From positions 20,274,001 to 20,338,000 of the forward strand of contig NC_043016.1 in NCBI RefSeq assembly GCF_006345805.1: a stretch of DNA of 64,000 bases. Direction: 5' to 3'. Positions 39,291 through 50,546 of this stretch are shown piece by piece; position 1 is the first letter of the stretch, and each line of letters opens with the position of its first letter. The stretch comes from Octopus sinensis. Taxonomy: Eukaryota. A program made the position numbers and the translations under genes. The notes beneath the pieces were generated by a model. That model saw nothing but the letters and a program-made list of their open reading frames with translations. It made no database searches and had not been told where the DNA came from.

Positions 39291-39538
39291 TTAAAATTCA
39301 GAAAATAGAAATGAAGCATTAATATAATTTATTAACTGCAAAAATTCAACATGTTCTCTTACAGCTGTTGTGTTTTTGCCCAAAGAATTAAATTCCAGTA
39401 ATTTATTTGCCCAATAAAAATGTTTCAATTACTGGAATTGAACTCTTTGGGCTAAAACGCAACAGCTCTAAGAGAACATGTCTAATTTTTGCAGTTAATA
39501 AATTATATTAATGATACATCTCCATTTTCTGAATTTTA
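39291..39538. repeat. Palindrome with about 120-bp arms
   Basis: e.g. CATTAATATAATTTATTAACTGCAAAAATT / AATTTTTGCAGTTAATAAATTATATTAATG; spacer about 25 bp. Confidence 0.85.
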
Positions 39539-40479
39539 ATTTGAATATTTATAAACCAAGATTTATACTTTAACCTATCATTTTAAGAATATTACTATTC
39601 ACAACAAAATAATAGGCAATAAACCAGTGATTCATTGGATATTTTTTATCCCTTAATGAAACTATTTAAATCTCTCTCTCTCTCTCTAATATATATATAT
39701 AGACATGCACATATGTATGTGTATATATATATGAGTATCTCTCTATATATATACACACACATGCATCTACACTTACATACATATACATGCACTCATACAT
39801 ACACACATAAATTTATACACATAATACATATATAAATATAGAAATGGATTTCAATGTTCATCTTCATACCTACAAGCATAGATAGATAAATAAATGTGAT
39901 TTTCATAGTTTATCCAGTAAATATAACTACATACATACACACAAACATATGTAAGTACTTGCATATAAAACATATATACTGATATATAAAAATATCCCTA
40001 CTTGAATCTACATGTATAACAAACAAACAAAAAAAAAAGTAACAGATATGTATATACACATGTATACAAAAGGCAATATCCTCTAAGGTATTCAAATTAA
40101 ATGTAAATATATGCACCCACAAAATATATACACAAATGTAAAAATAATAGTACATAATTGCACACGTGTATATATATGTTTCCATAAGTATTGAAACATA
40201 CACATACTTGTATGTACACATGAACTTAGTCAAATACAGATAACACAACCAACATATGGATACAGATTAATTTCTCACACCAAATCAATAACTGGAAAAA
40301 CTTGTCTACCTAATAATAGGTAAAATATAAAATACCAAATATAAAGTATAACATAAAATACAATAAAATGCTAAGGATAATAGAGAAATACACTTAAGGA
40401 ACCCTAATAAAATCAATCAAAAACTAAATACGAAATACCACAATTAGTCTGATAAATAATCCTATTGATCAATAGATTT

Positions 40480-41170
40480 TATACAAGAATGCTCAATATA
40501 AGAAGCAAGCACCTAACTATGATCTCATCAAATTTGTTAATCAAGTTACCCTTGCACCTCAAAATAGCTAGTGCCTCGTTACTGCATATTGTGCAAAATC
40601 TGCCAACTCCATTAAAAGGCATTGCATATTTTAGATCCATAAATTCCACCACACTTCTTAATTCCAGATCTGAAATTTTAAGAAAATGCAAACACATGGA
40701 GAAATTTCTTTTGTCAAACTGCACACTACCCTCTCTGGATTAAACATGCTGTTAACAGACTTTGGCCTCCTTCTTGTTGAACTATTCTATACCTGCTATA
40801 CTATGATGATCAACAAAGGGGATGCAACTCTTGGTTTTCCTTTGTTTTTTTTTACCGCTTTTATTTGTTTATTGTTTTCTTATTCTCCCTTTTCTCATTC
40901 CACCTTTTGCATTCACCTTCTGCTCACCTTTTCTTGTGTTTTCTCACAGACCAGCATTCTTTTTTGGCTTTTAAAATAAGACCAGCCATGTTGTGTATTT
41001 AAGCCTGAAGGATTGCTTCGAGACACAAGGCATGATATATAAATCTGCTGAATTTATTGTGTTTTCACAGCATAAAACTATTAGCAGCTAATGTTTAAAT
41101 ACTGTGAGATATTTATCTCTCAGTGGATGCAGAACTTCTTTTGTTGATCCTACTAATAAAAGAATAGTAA
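40480..41170 (+). mobile_element. Decayed PLE 3' end
   Basis: LLNSRSEILRKCKHMEKFLLSN is the typical PLE GIY-YIG C-terminus (LN.RSE...C.H..KFLL). Confidence 0.6.
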
Positions 41171-41222
<52 letters not shown>

Positions 41223-41223
41223 T

Positions 41224-41476
41224 ATCATCATCATCATCATTTAACGTCTGTTTTCCACGCTAGCATGGGTTGGACGATTCGACCGGGATCTGGTAAGCCA
41301 TGGAGGCTGCACCAGGCTCTAGTCTGGTTTGGCAGTGTTTCTACAGGTGGATGCCCTTCCTAACGCCAACCACTCCGAGAGTGTAGTGGGTGTTTTTTAC
41401 GTGCCACCGACACAGGGGCCAGAGGAAGCTGGCAAACAGCTATGATCGGTTGGTGCTTTTACGTGCCACCGACACG

Positions 41477-41477
<1 letters not shown>
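41224..41477 (-). mobile_element. RTE-3'-end-related repeat
   Basis: Reverse complement of 39040-39281, with (CAT)n. Confidence 0.8.
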
Positions 41478-41558
<81 letters not shown>

Positions 41559-42293
41559 GAAATGTATGTGTGTGTGTACCCTTGTCTTGACAGAATGTAA
41601 TAGGTGTAAATAAGCATTACCATCATACAAGTAGTGTTGTTCATTACCAATTTTTTGTAGTAACATTTGTGACCATAGGGGAAATATTATCTTATTCAGA
41701 AAAGGTGAAAGCTGGTAATAGGAAGGGTATCTAGCTGTAGATAATCTGTTTCAAGAAATTCCATCTACTCCATGCAAGCATGGAAAATGGACATTAAATT
41801 ATGATGATGATAATGCTGATGTGCATGTGTATGTGTCTATGCGTGTATGTGTGTGTGAGCGTGCATGTGTCTGTATGCATATGTGTATGTTTGTGTGAGT
41901 GCATCTTTGTGTTTATCTCCCATACTACTTGACAACCATTGTTGGCTTGTTTACTTAATCATTTGGCAAAAGAGACCAATGAAATAAGTACAAGACTTAA
42001 AAAATAAATGAATTAGGTATTTATTAAATTTACCTCACATAAGTTGTCCCCAAAAGGTAAGTTTGCATACTTTTACTTATAGCCTTCTGCCTCGATTCGC
42101 TAATCCCGTATTGGGAGATATGGTGTTCCATTTCTCACTATACATAGGAATAATAGTAAATACAACTAAAATAAAAGATGTGAAACAACTTAAAATTTTA
42201 ACATAACTATTGCATTTATTATAGTGTTAGTAGTAAATGGTAACTCCAAATAAGAGAAAAATATTTAATCACTTAGCCATGTCAAAAAAATAT

Positions 42294-43562
42294 TTAAGTG
42301 AAACTTACCACTTTTCCTGGACGAGCCCATGTGTAAACAAAACCTTCCTGACATGCAGTAACAATGCATTCTTCTCTAAAAACTAAAGCTGTTAGCCGTT
42401 CATGTGCTATTTTTTTAAATATAAGAGGTTCCAACATAGGAATTTCATCTAAGCGTGGACAAGCTGGAGTTCCAAGTAATTTTAAAGACTCATCAATAGG
42501 CCGAACACTGGTTTTCAATATGCTTACTTTTTCACTGCTTCTGCCAGCTAAACTTAAATTTCTTTTGTGTTCCTTTTTTTCATGATCCTTATCTTTTCTA
42601 TCTCCAAGAGACAGTGTGGCAAATTTAGCAGTGATATTCACAGATGCATTTGGCAGAGAATTTCCATCAACAACTGGTACCTGTGTGTTCAAGGAATTAG
42701 ATTTTTGAGAATTTGGTAGACTATTACAACGGGACATATAATTAAATGCATTTGGTCCAATAATGGTACTTGTCCTTGTACGACCTACAGGTTGCTTAAG
42801 AACATCCTCTGTCAAGTCCCATAAGCATAAAAATGTATCCTGGCCAACAGAACCAAAACGATATGACGTAAAATTTGTTGTCCGAGTGTCAGAAAAACTT
42901 TTATTTGATCCAGTCCTTGATCGATTTAACACACTAGTTTCATGAACAGAGTTTTCACTTTTCCCTTCATGGTTATGTAATGTCCCATAATGAAATTCTT
43001 CATCACTACCACTAAAATCACAGCCTTCTGTATCAGAAAAATTTGATGTGTAAGGATCAAAGGCTACTACATTAACCCATGACCGATGTCCTTCTCCTCT
43101 ACAAATTACTTTTTTTTCATGAAATGACCAGACAGTAACTAAATCATCCTCTCCACCAGTAACAAGATATTTGCCATCAGGAGACCAACATACACAAAGA
43201 AGTCCACCAAAATAGCTTTTCATAGATCCAACTAAGTCCATGGAATCATAGTTGAATACCCTAAGATAACCATCCTGTCCAACAACAGCTAAGAATCGAG
43301 AGCAAGGAGAAAATGCAAACTCATTGATAGCACCTTGTCCAACAAGCCAACGATATAGTGGATTCCGAGTACTTTTGGTCTTACATGTGTATATTGAATA
43401 TCCATCTCCCTGTTTGAAAGGCTGATAGTGAGGAGGTGCTCCACAACATGGGAGCTCTTCATTGTATACATATATTTGTCCACTTGCATGTGAAACTAGA
43501 AACTGGTTTCGAGATCCTGGAATCCATTTAATACAAGTAACTTTGCTTTTATCTATTAATCT
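42294..43562 (-). CDS. WDR20: WD repeat-containing protein 20 (WDR20/DMWD family, USP12/USP46 deubiquitinase regulator), large internal/terminal coding exon
   Basis: Acceptor TTTATTTATTTCAG| at 43563, then a 1269-nt open frame RLIDKSKVTCIKWIPG...CKTKSTRNPL...SYFGGLLCVCWSPDGKYLVTGGEDDLVTVWSF...YRFGSVGQDT...LGTPACPRL..IPMLEPL..KKIAHERLT...TWARPGKV|VSFT*. A donor GTAAGT at 42303-42308 means a spliced form would end at 42309. Upstream exons were not found in the window. Confidence 0.95.
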   Translation of the reverse strand, partial: RLIDKSKVTCIKWIPGSRNQFLVSHASGQIYVYNEELPCCGAPPHYQPFKQGDGYSIYTCKTKSTRNPLYRWLVGQGAINEFAFSPCSRFLAVVGQDGYLRVFNYDSMDLVGSMKSYFGGLLCVCWSPDGKYLVTGGEDDLVTVWSFHEKKVICRGEGHRSWVNVVAFDPYTSNFSDTEGCDFSGSDEEFHYGTLHNHEGKSENSVHETSVLNRSRTGSNKSFSDTRTTNFTSYRFGSVGQDTFLCLWDLTEDVLKQPVGRTRTSTIIGPNAFNYMSRCNSLPNSQKSNSLNTQVPVVDGNSLPNASVNITAKFATLSLGDRKDKDHEKKEHKRNLSLAGRSSEKVSILKTSVRPIDESLKLLGTPACPRLDEIPMLEPLIFKKIAHERLTALVFREECIVTACQEGFVYTWARPGKVVSFT

Positions 43563-43652
43563 CTGAAATAAATAAAGAGAAACAACATTACAATAAGGTA
43601 AATCAAGATAAAAAATACTTCAAAGTTTAATAACACAAAATGAAAATAAGTA

Positions 43653-45088
43653 TACAGGGTGGGGCTAGAAAGAAATTAGATAACATTATACGTAATGATA
43701 CCAGTGGTACCTGCCCTAGATATAGAAACAAAGAATGGAATAGAATACAAAGAACTTGTGACAAAGCAAACAGGGTGAACACATGATATAAAACTGACAA
43801 ATATCAAGGAGTGATGTTTGTAGAGGCCACAGCCCATGGAGAACTAGCCCGTAGATTTAGAAAAGCTCTGAAGGAGACCAAACTCAACATTAAGATTGTT
43901 GAAAGACCAGGGAACTCCATCAGATCACAACTATGCTGGACGTACCCCTTTAAGAATACCATATGCACCAATGATAACTGCATGGTATGTAGGATTAGCC
44001 CTGGCATTAACTGTAGAACTCGAAATGTAATTTACAGCATAAGATGCATAGAAGGTGCTTGTAAGGACATGAACATGACGTACATAGGAGAGATGTTTAG
44101 GAGCATTGCGGAATGAATAAATGAACATCTAAGACAATATGACGACAGAAAACAGTCCTCCATACTCTACCAACACGCCAAAGACCACCATGGAGGTAAC
44201 TTGGGTCAACTTGACATCCGCATCTTATCAAAGACCCAACTCAGACAAATACTGGAGTACATCCTTAAAAATGAAACCTCCCCAATATTAAATAGGAAAT
44301 ATACATAGTAAATATAATACCTCCATACCCACAGTTTACATAGGTAGAGTAGAATAGTTAGTGGACTGTTAGGTAGATAAATGTATGTGTATGTGTGGGT
44401 GTGAGTGTGTGTGTGTGTGTGTATGCACCATTTTTTTTCTGTATGTAAGCATATAGATATGAAAATAAACAAATCAACATACAGACAGATAGGTACATAG
44501 GCTATAAGAACAGACACGGATCCACACATATAAAGATGCACATCCATACATACAAACATGGTACATAGTTGCATAACACACACACATACACACACACAGA
44601 CATGCACACACAAGGAGACAGAGGTGCATACATATACAAACACATGCTCACACACGGACATAGAAAATACACAAACACAGACATGAAAGCACATAAATAT
44701 GCAGGATACGTACATACAGATGCACATACGTACATATATACATATGCATACACACACACATATATACATACATACACATGCAAACACACACATACATACG
44801 TACATGCATGTATAGGCACACACACACACACACACACACATACACATGTGCACAAACAAACAAAAAGGAACGCAGTGTAAATAACGGACAGAGTCAAAAT
44901 TGTTGAAAAGGTTGCAAGATGCAATGAAAATTTTAGGAAAATAAAAATAAGAAAAAAGTGGAAATTTTACCGGTGAGTGTGTTAAATTATAAGGCACAAA
45001 AAGGAAATGACTCTCCCCAGACACAACAGAATATGCTTCAACACACGAACTCATATAAAGAATCTTGCAAACCAAATCCAAAAACGAA
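43653..45088 (+). mobile_element. PLE 3' part (same family as 1-2099): GIY-YIG, microsatellite-rich region, terminal repeat
   Basis: MFVEAT..GELA..., C.....C..C.......C.TRNVIYSIRC...YIGE; colinear with about 300-2099; starts about 90 bp from the WDR20 acceptor, antisense to the gene. Confidence 0.85.
44900..44936 (+). ncRNA. Minimal hammerhead-ribozyme-like motif (U3:A8 core)
   Basis: TTG-TTGAAAA-G-GTTGC(aagat)GCAAT-GAAA-AT-TT-TAG. Confidence 0.55.
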
Positions 45089-45129
45089 ATGAAAATAATG
45101 TTTAGCATTATTTAGTATACATTACTCAA

Positions 45130-45733
45130 AGTGGATATACTGTAGAAAGCTACAAAACCATTGCACTCATCTTGAGAAAGCTTCTCATATAGATGTATTA
45201 GTAGATGAAAAACATTCAGAAGTGGCTGTGAAATTACTAAATCTGGATTTATGTGTCTGTGTACATCATCAATGGCAAGGATCTACTATCAACTACATGC
45301 ATAGAAAAATTTAACCTCTACTGTTGCAAATAACTAGTGGGCTAGGTAAAAATGGAATTTGTTATTGATAATAACAAACTCCATTGCTAATTTGTTACTA
45401 CCAATGGAAGCAGTATTGGTTCAGAATAGCATTCTGTATATCTTACTTAACATGGATATGATTTACAAAGCCAAGCATGCAGTTATTAGTGGATACTTGC
45501 CACTGATGATGTATAAAAACACAGAAATTTGGGTTTAGCAATTCCACCACTGCTACAGAACACTTCTCACCTACTACTGATACCATTTTTTGCACTTTAG
45601 CACAATAATTCAATGTAAGAATCTTTCTTATGAAGAATACTGCATCTTTGTGGCTTTCCACAGTATATCCATATTATGTAGGATTTACAGAATGCCATTC
45701 TGAACCAATACTACTTCAGTTGCTAATAACAAA
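45130..45733. repeat. Compound inverted duplication
   Basis: 45132-45300 pairs with 45475-45671, and 45391-45446 pairs with 45678-45733. Confidence 0.75.
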
Positions 45734-46541
45734 AATGTAATTTATTGGAAAAAAATAAGCAAATTATATAATAAACCTTTAAGAAAATATGTAGAGTAAT
45801 TTTCTTTTTTCTTTACGCTTTTGTTAATATAAGAAGAACTATTTTAACTAAGGGAAAGCAAAAGTTTCTTTATATGGAATATAAATAGATTTTCACTAAA
45901 ATGCACTGCTTGTATGTAAATAATGAATTATTTTGAAAAAAAAAAAAAAACGTTACATAAATAGGGAAAAGTAAGTTGCAAATTTGAAATTTAAAAGGTA
46001 AATACAACAGACTATTTCATAGTTGTTTGAATAACAGAAAGCAAGAAACTTCATTTACTGTTGTAAACTTGAAAGTATTTATTTCATTTATTGTCACCTT
46101 CAGGTAGGTTAAAACAAAATGACAAGTATGTTAGTGCAAAAGACTAATGTAATATAATGGAACAAGGAAATGGGTATAAAGTGAATTTGAAGAGCAGACC
46201 TCAAAATAAGCCCATTCTCTCTATTCAGTGTCATGTCATAACTAATGAATATATGATGAATGGATATTGTCAAATTTACAGGTAACCTGAGCAAAATAAC
46301 ATAATACTACCCACTCAATAATATTTCCACATTTGATTCCCAATTCTAATAATTTTCATATCTAATTATTTCTTTGTATGACGGTGCTCACTTGCTTAGT
46401 AAATATTGCTTTCATTATTCTATCATAGCCATAATCTCTCGTTTTTTAAAAAATCAATCTTTTATATATATTTATTATTAATAATTGGTAGAACTTACAT
46501 AGGTGTGCATAGCTAGCTAGATGGATGGATGGATGTACACG

Positions 46542-46585
<44 letters not shown>

Positions 46586-46819
46586 AACAAACACAATTCT
46601 GGCTGGTGTGAGAAAACATGAGAATGGCATTTCCTTACTTTTTCAAATATACCCAAATTTAAAATGATGTAATATAACAATAACCTTCATTCGGCATGTG
46701 TTGAAATATGCCAAAACAATTCAATTCCACACAAAAATATGTTACATTACATATAATTTATGTGTTAATTCTATTTACTGAAACTTGCTAAAAAGCATAT
46801 TTTGCTTTAAAGTAGTGTC

Positions 46820-47420
46820 TCCTTGTAGACACAATTGTCAGTAATCATACTGTTTCCATTTTTCTCAGCCAATATTTTACATTAGCCTTCTTTCGAACTC
46901 TAGATAATGCAACATACAGCTGACCATGCGAGAAGAATTGTGTCGGAAGATATATTCCAATTTGTTCAAAAGTCTGTCCCTGTGCCTTGCTGCACGTCAA
47001 GGCAAAAGCTGGCTTGACAAGAAATAGAAATTCCATTTCTTGAGATACATGTGGTATTCTTGGGATTAGCAGAGTTGATCCTGCATAAGGACCAGAAGCA
47101 GCCTCAGCCTCAATAACATGATCATGTAAACTGACAATAATTTAGCATGTGCCATTGCAATGTCCATTAGTAGCATCTAAATTTTTCAGAAACATTATAC
47201 ATCGTTTTTTTCTTCAGTTTGAGAATGTGTGGTGGAAACCCTGATGGTGTAAGTTTGTTGATGAACTCTGAACTTCTGTATATTTTTAGCTCACCAGGGA
47301 TCCTGGTCAACAGAAAATCATTCACAAATTGTGCTGCTTCATTTATTGGAGTAACAATGGCTGTATTGGCAAGCCACACAAGATTTGTGAAATTATTTTT
47401 GAGATCAGCATACATACAAA
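46820..47420 (-). mobile_element. Helitron PIF1 helicase C-terminal pseudogene fragment
   Basis: EFINKLTPSGFPPHILKLK and AFALTCSKAQGQTFEQIGIYL..QFFSHGQLYVALSRV. Confidence 0.85.
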
Positions 47421-48159
47421 ATCATATAGATCTGAAAAAGAATCACTTTCAAGGCAAAAGTCATTGGGTAGTTTGATTTTGAATTCATTAACAAACTCAG
47501 GAAACTGATAATATTCTTGAAATTGTGTTCCATATCAAAGTTATATAGCTATTTTGTGTAATAGCATGCATTCATTCAACACAAAATCACTTTAAAATTA
47601 TACCGATATATTAAAAACATTTAAATTTTAATGAAAAATATTCTTTTAACAAACTCTGGAAACTGATAACATTCTTGAAATTGTGTATCATATCAAAGTT
47701 ATACAGCCATTATTAAATCATCATTAATGAAAATAGAAGTGAGAATGAGAAACTGTTACAAATACAAATGTAAAATGTTGCCTGCAACAAATTAATAGTG
47801 TTAATTATTAAACATTAAAATATACTCCACAGTGAATGCAATGAATATTTAAATTTATGAAGAACTGGATGCAGTGAATGCAATGAATATTTAAATTTGC
47901 AAGAATTTGGAGTTTAAAAAAATTCAATAATCTTCAGAAACTGAAATTATAGGAAATTTCTTAGAACATGAATTTATAAAAATATTTCCAGACGGTCAAG
48001 CTTTTAATATTGCTTTCTTTTAGTACTTTTAGTAATTGTTACATACTTAATAAGCAGCTTTCTGCATTATAGTATACATACACAAACATGACAGAAGTAA
48101 ATAGACAGCCTTATAATCATTCAAATTTATTAAAATCTGAAATTATACATTCAAATTAT

Positions 48160-48830
48160 TTATTAATTGTTATAATGTGAATATTTAATATTTAGTAGAC
48201 ATGCCCTTGCATTTTTCATGCAAGGCATGTTACTGATCAGATGACAAATATTCTCTTGCAGAATTTCTTGCCAAGTTTCATGCAGCAGTCTTAAAAGATC
48301 TGGCTTTGAAGATATCTTCTTGTTCTTTTTATGAAGTGTTCTGTCCATTATGTCCCAGAGGTGTTCAATAGGGTTCTTATCTGGTGACTGGCTTGGCAGT
48401 GGAAGCTTTTTAATACTATTCTCATCCAACAAATCTTGTCATTTTAGCCATGTGACAAGGATCTCCATCTTCCATAACTAAAGAGTCTTCTTTAATCATT
48501 TCACCACTGGAGAAAACTGAAAGGAGTTCATTCTGCAATATGGACACATATTTATCTCAGTTTATGTTTCCCTCACACTCCACTAACTCTGGTCAACCAT
48601 TGCTCCAAATTACTCCTCAGACCACCACAGAATAGCTGCTGTGTTTCATTGTTGGCTGCAATCTTCTCACATCAAATTCTTGATCACAGAGTCTCCAGAC
48701 CCACACTCGACCACTGTCAGGAAATACAGCAAATCTGGACTCTTCAGAGAATATGACAGTGTCCCAAAATGCTAGTGGCCTCTCCACCATCTCACTGGCC
48801 TGATCTTTTCTCTTCTTGATGTTGTTCAGG
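48160..48830 (-). mobile_element. Tc1 (DD34E-type) transposase remnant
   Basis: FWDTVIFSEESRF...RVWVWR and PSQSPDKNPIEHLWD. Confidence 0.8.
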
Positions 48831-48975
48831 ACAACTACACTGCTTGAGTTTCCATATAGTACTTGGATTACTTTCATGAAGTTGTTATTGAAGTTGGAAT
48901 TCTTCATAGGTTGTCACAAACCATTATACCAAACATAGTCAAAGGTCTTTTTAAAGTCAATAAAGTTGTGACAGG
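48830..48975 (-). mobile_element. Small LINE RT fragment
   Basis: HNFIDFKKTFDYVW...VIQVLYGNSSSVV. Confidence 0.55.
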
Positions 48976-49709
48976 GGTGTCAGGGTAGAGAGAATACTTT
49001 GGTTTTCAGCTGCAGCATCCTTAGGGATGGATGGGTATACTGGGTCTCACCTGATTCTCACTTTGGCTTTGAAACTATTCTCATCCACAATCTGGTAACT
49101 ACTCCTGGGTGCCACCAAGCATTTCTAAGCCCCAATGAAATGCCATAATAGACACAGAATCAAACAATATTACACTTTTTTTTATTTAAATATATGGTTC
49201 TGAAAGTAATCATTTCTATGTTTCTAAATGCTTTCTGAAATAAACATACACTTCAGTTTAATGGCTTTGAGTGTAATGCTTGTTATAGCAGAAACAGCTG
49301 TAAGCTATGAAGTTGATTTAGTAATCCCTGCTCCCTTGTCATTCTTTAATTTATATGTATATAGAAACACCTCTCAGTTTCCCCCAAATCCTTGCAACCA
49401 TTAACCCTCCACCCTTTCTGATCTTCCATTCAACACTCCCTTCTAATCACTTTTCTGCTTTAGCATCTCATCAGCATGGTCTTTAAGCCTCTTTCTGGAT
49501 CCACCCAGCCATTCATATATATATATGTGTGTGTGTGTGTGTGTATAAATTTATGCTTACCCAACATATAAGTAAGCATGAATTTGCTTCATACTGACAA
49601 ATATATTCCTATCCTTCTCATCATACAACCACTTAACACTTGTAATAAACCCACCTCCCTCTCTGCTATTTTCCCACTCAGTCAAGTGTGCTCTATAATC
49701 TTGTAAATT

Positions 49710-50118
49710 TCAAGGTAACCTCACTAATACTGGTGCCATGAAAAAAGCACCCAGTATGTTCTGTGAAGTGGTTGGTGATAGAAAGGGCATCCAGCCTTAG
49801 AAACCATGCCTATACAGAGAAACTGGGGTAAAACAAGGTCCTTCAATCTGACGTACCTGTCAAACTGTCCAGCCCAAGCCAGACGCTACATTGAAGAGGC
49901 CAGGGAACAGAAGAAAGAAGGAGAAAGAAGACATGCACTCAACACCAGCTTCCATACAACCACTACACTCTCAGAGTTGTTGGCATTAAGAAGGGCATCC
50001 AGCTGTAGAAACTTTGCCAGATCGGATTGAATCCTGGTGCAGCCTTCTGGCTTGTCAGCCCTCAGTCAACCCATGCCAGCATGGAAAGCAGACATTAAAT
50101 GATGATGATGATTATATA

Positions 50119-50179
<61 letters not shown>

Positions 50180-50343
50180 ATATGTATGTATGTATATATA
50201 TTTATATCATCATCGTTTAATGTCCGTTCTCCATGCTAGCATGGGTTGGACGGTTCAACCGGGGATCTGGGAAGCCAGAAGGCTGCACCAGGCTCTAGTC
50301 TTATCTGGCAATGTTTCTACAGCTGGATGCCCTTCCTAACGCC

Positions 50344-50344
<1 letters not shown>
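49710..50344. mobile_element. Cluster of RTE-3'-end-related repeats, tail-to-tail across a (TA)n tract
   Basis: Plus-strand copies at 49710-49875 and 49965-50112; minus-strand copy at 50207-50344. Confidence 0.7.
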
Positions 50345-50383
<39 letters not shown>

Positions 50384-50384
<1 letters not shown>

Positions 50385-50426
50385 CAGTGAACAAGTCACA
50401 GTTTCAATGTGACGAAAATATTCTGA
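50384..50426 (+). ncRNA. Minimal hammerhead-ribozyme-like motif (G3:C8 core)
   Basis: TCA-GTGAACA-A-GTCAC(agtttcaat)GTGAC-GAAA-ATAT-TC-TGA, within a roughly 130-bp repeat also present inverted at about 58383-58510. Confidence 0.6.
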
Positions 50427-50506
50427 CACAAATTAAATTAAATGTTGAAGTGAATCTAACAGTTTTTGTGTGTTCTTAAATGGCTTACAAACATCTGCCA
50501 CACTGC

Positions 50507-50546
<40 letters not shown>

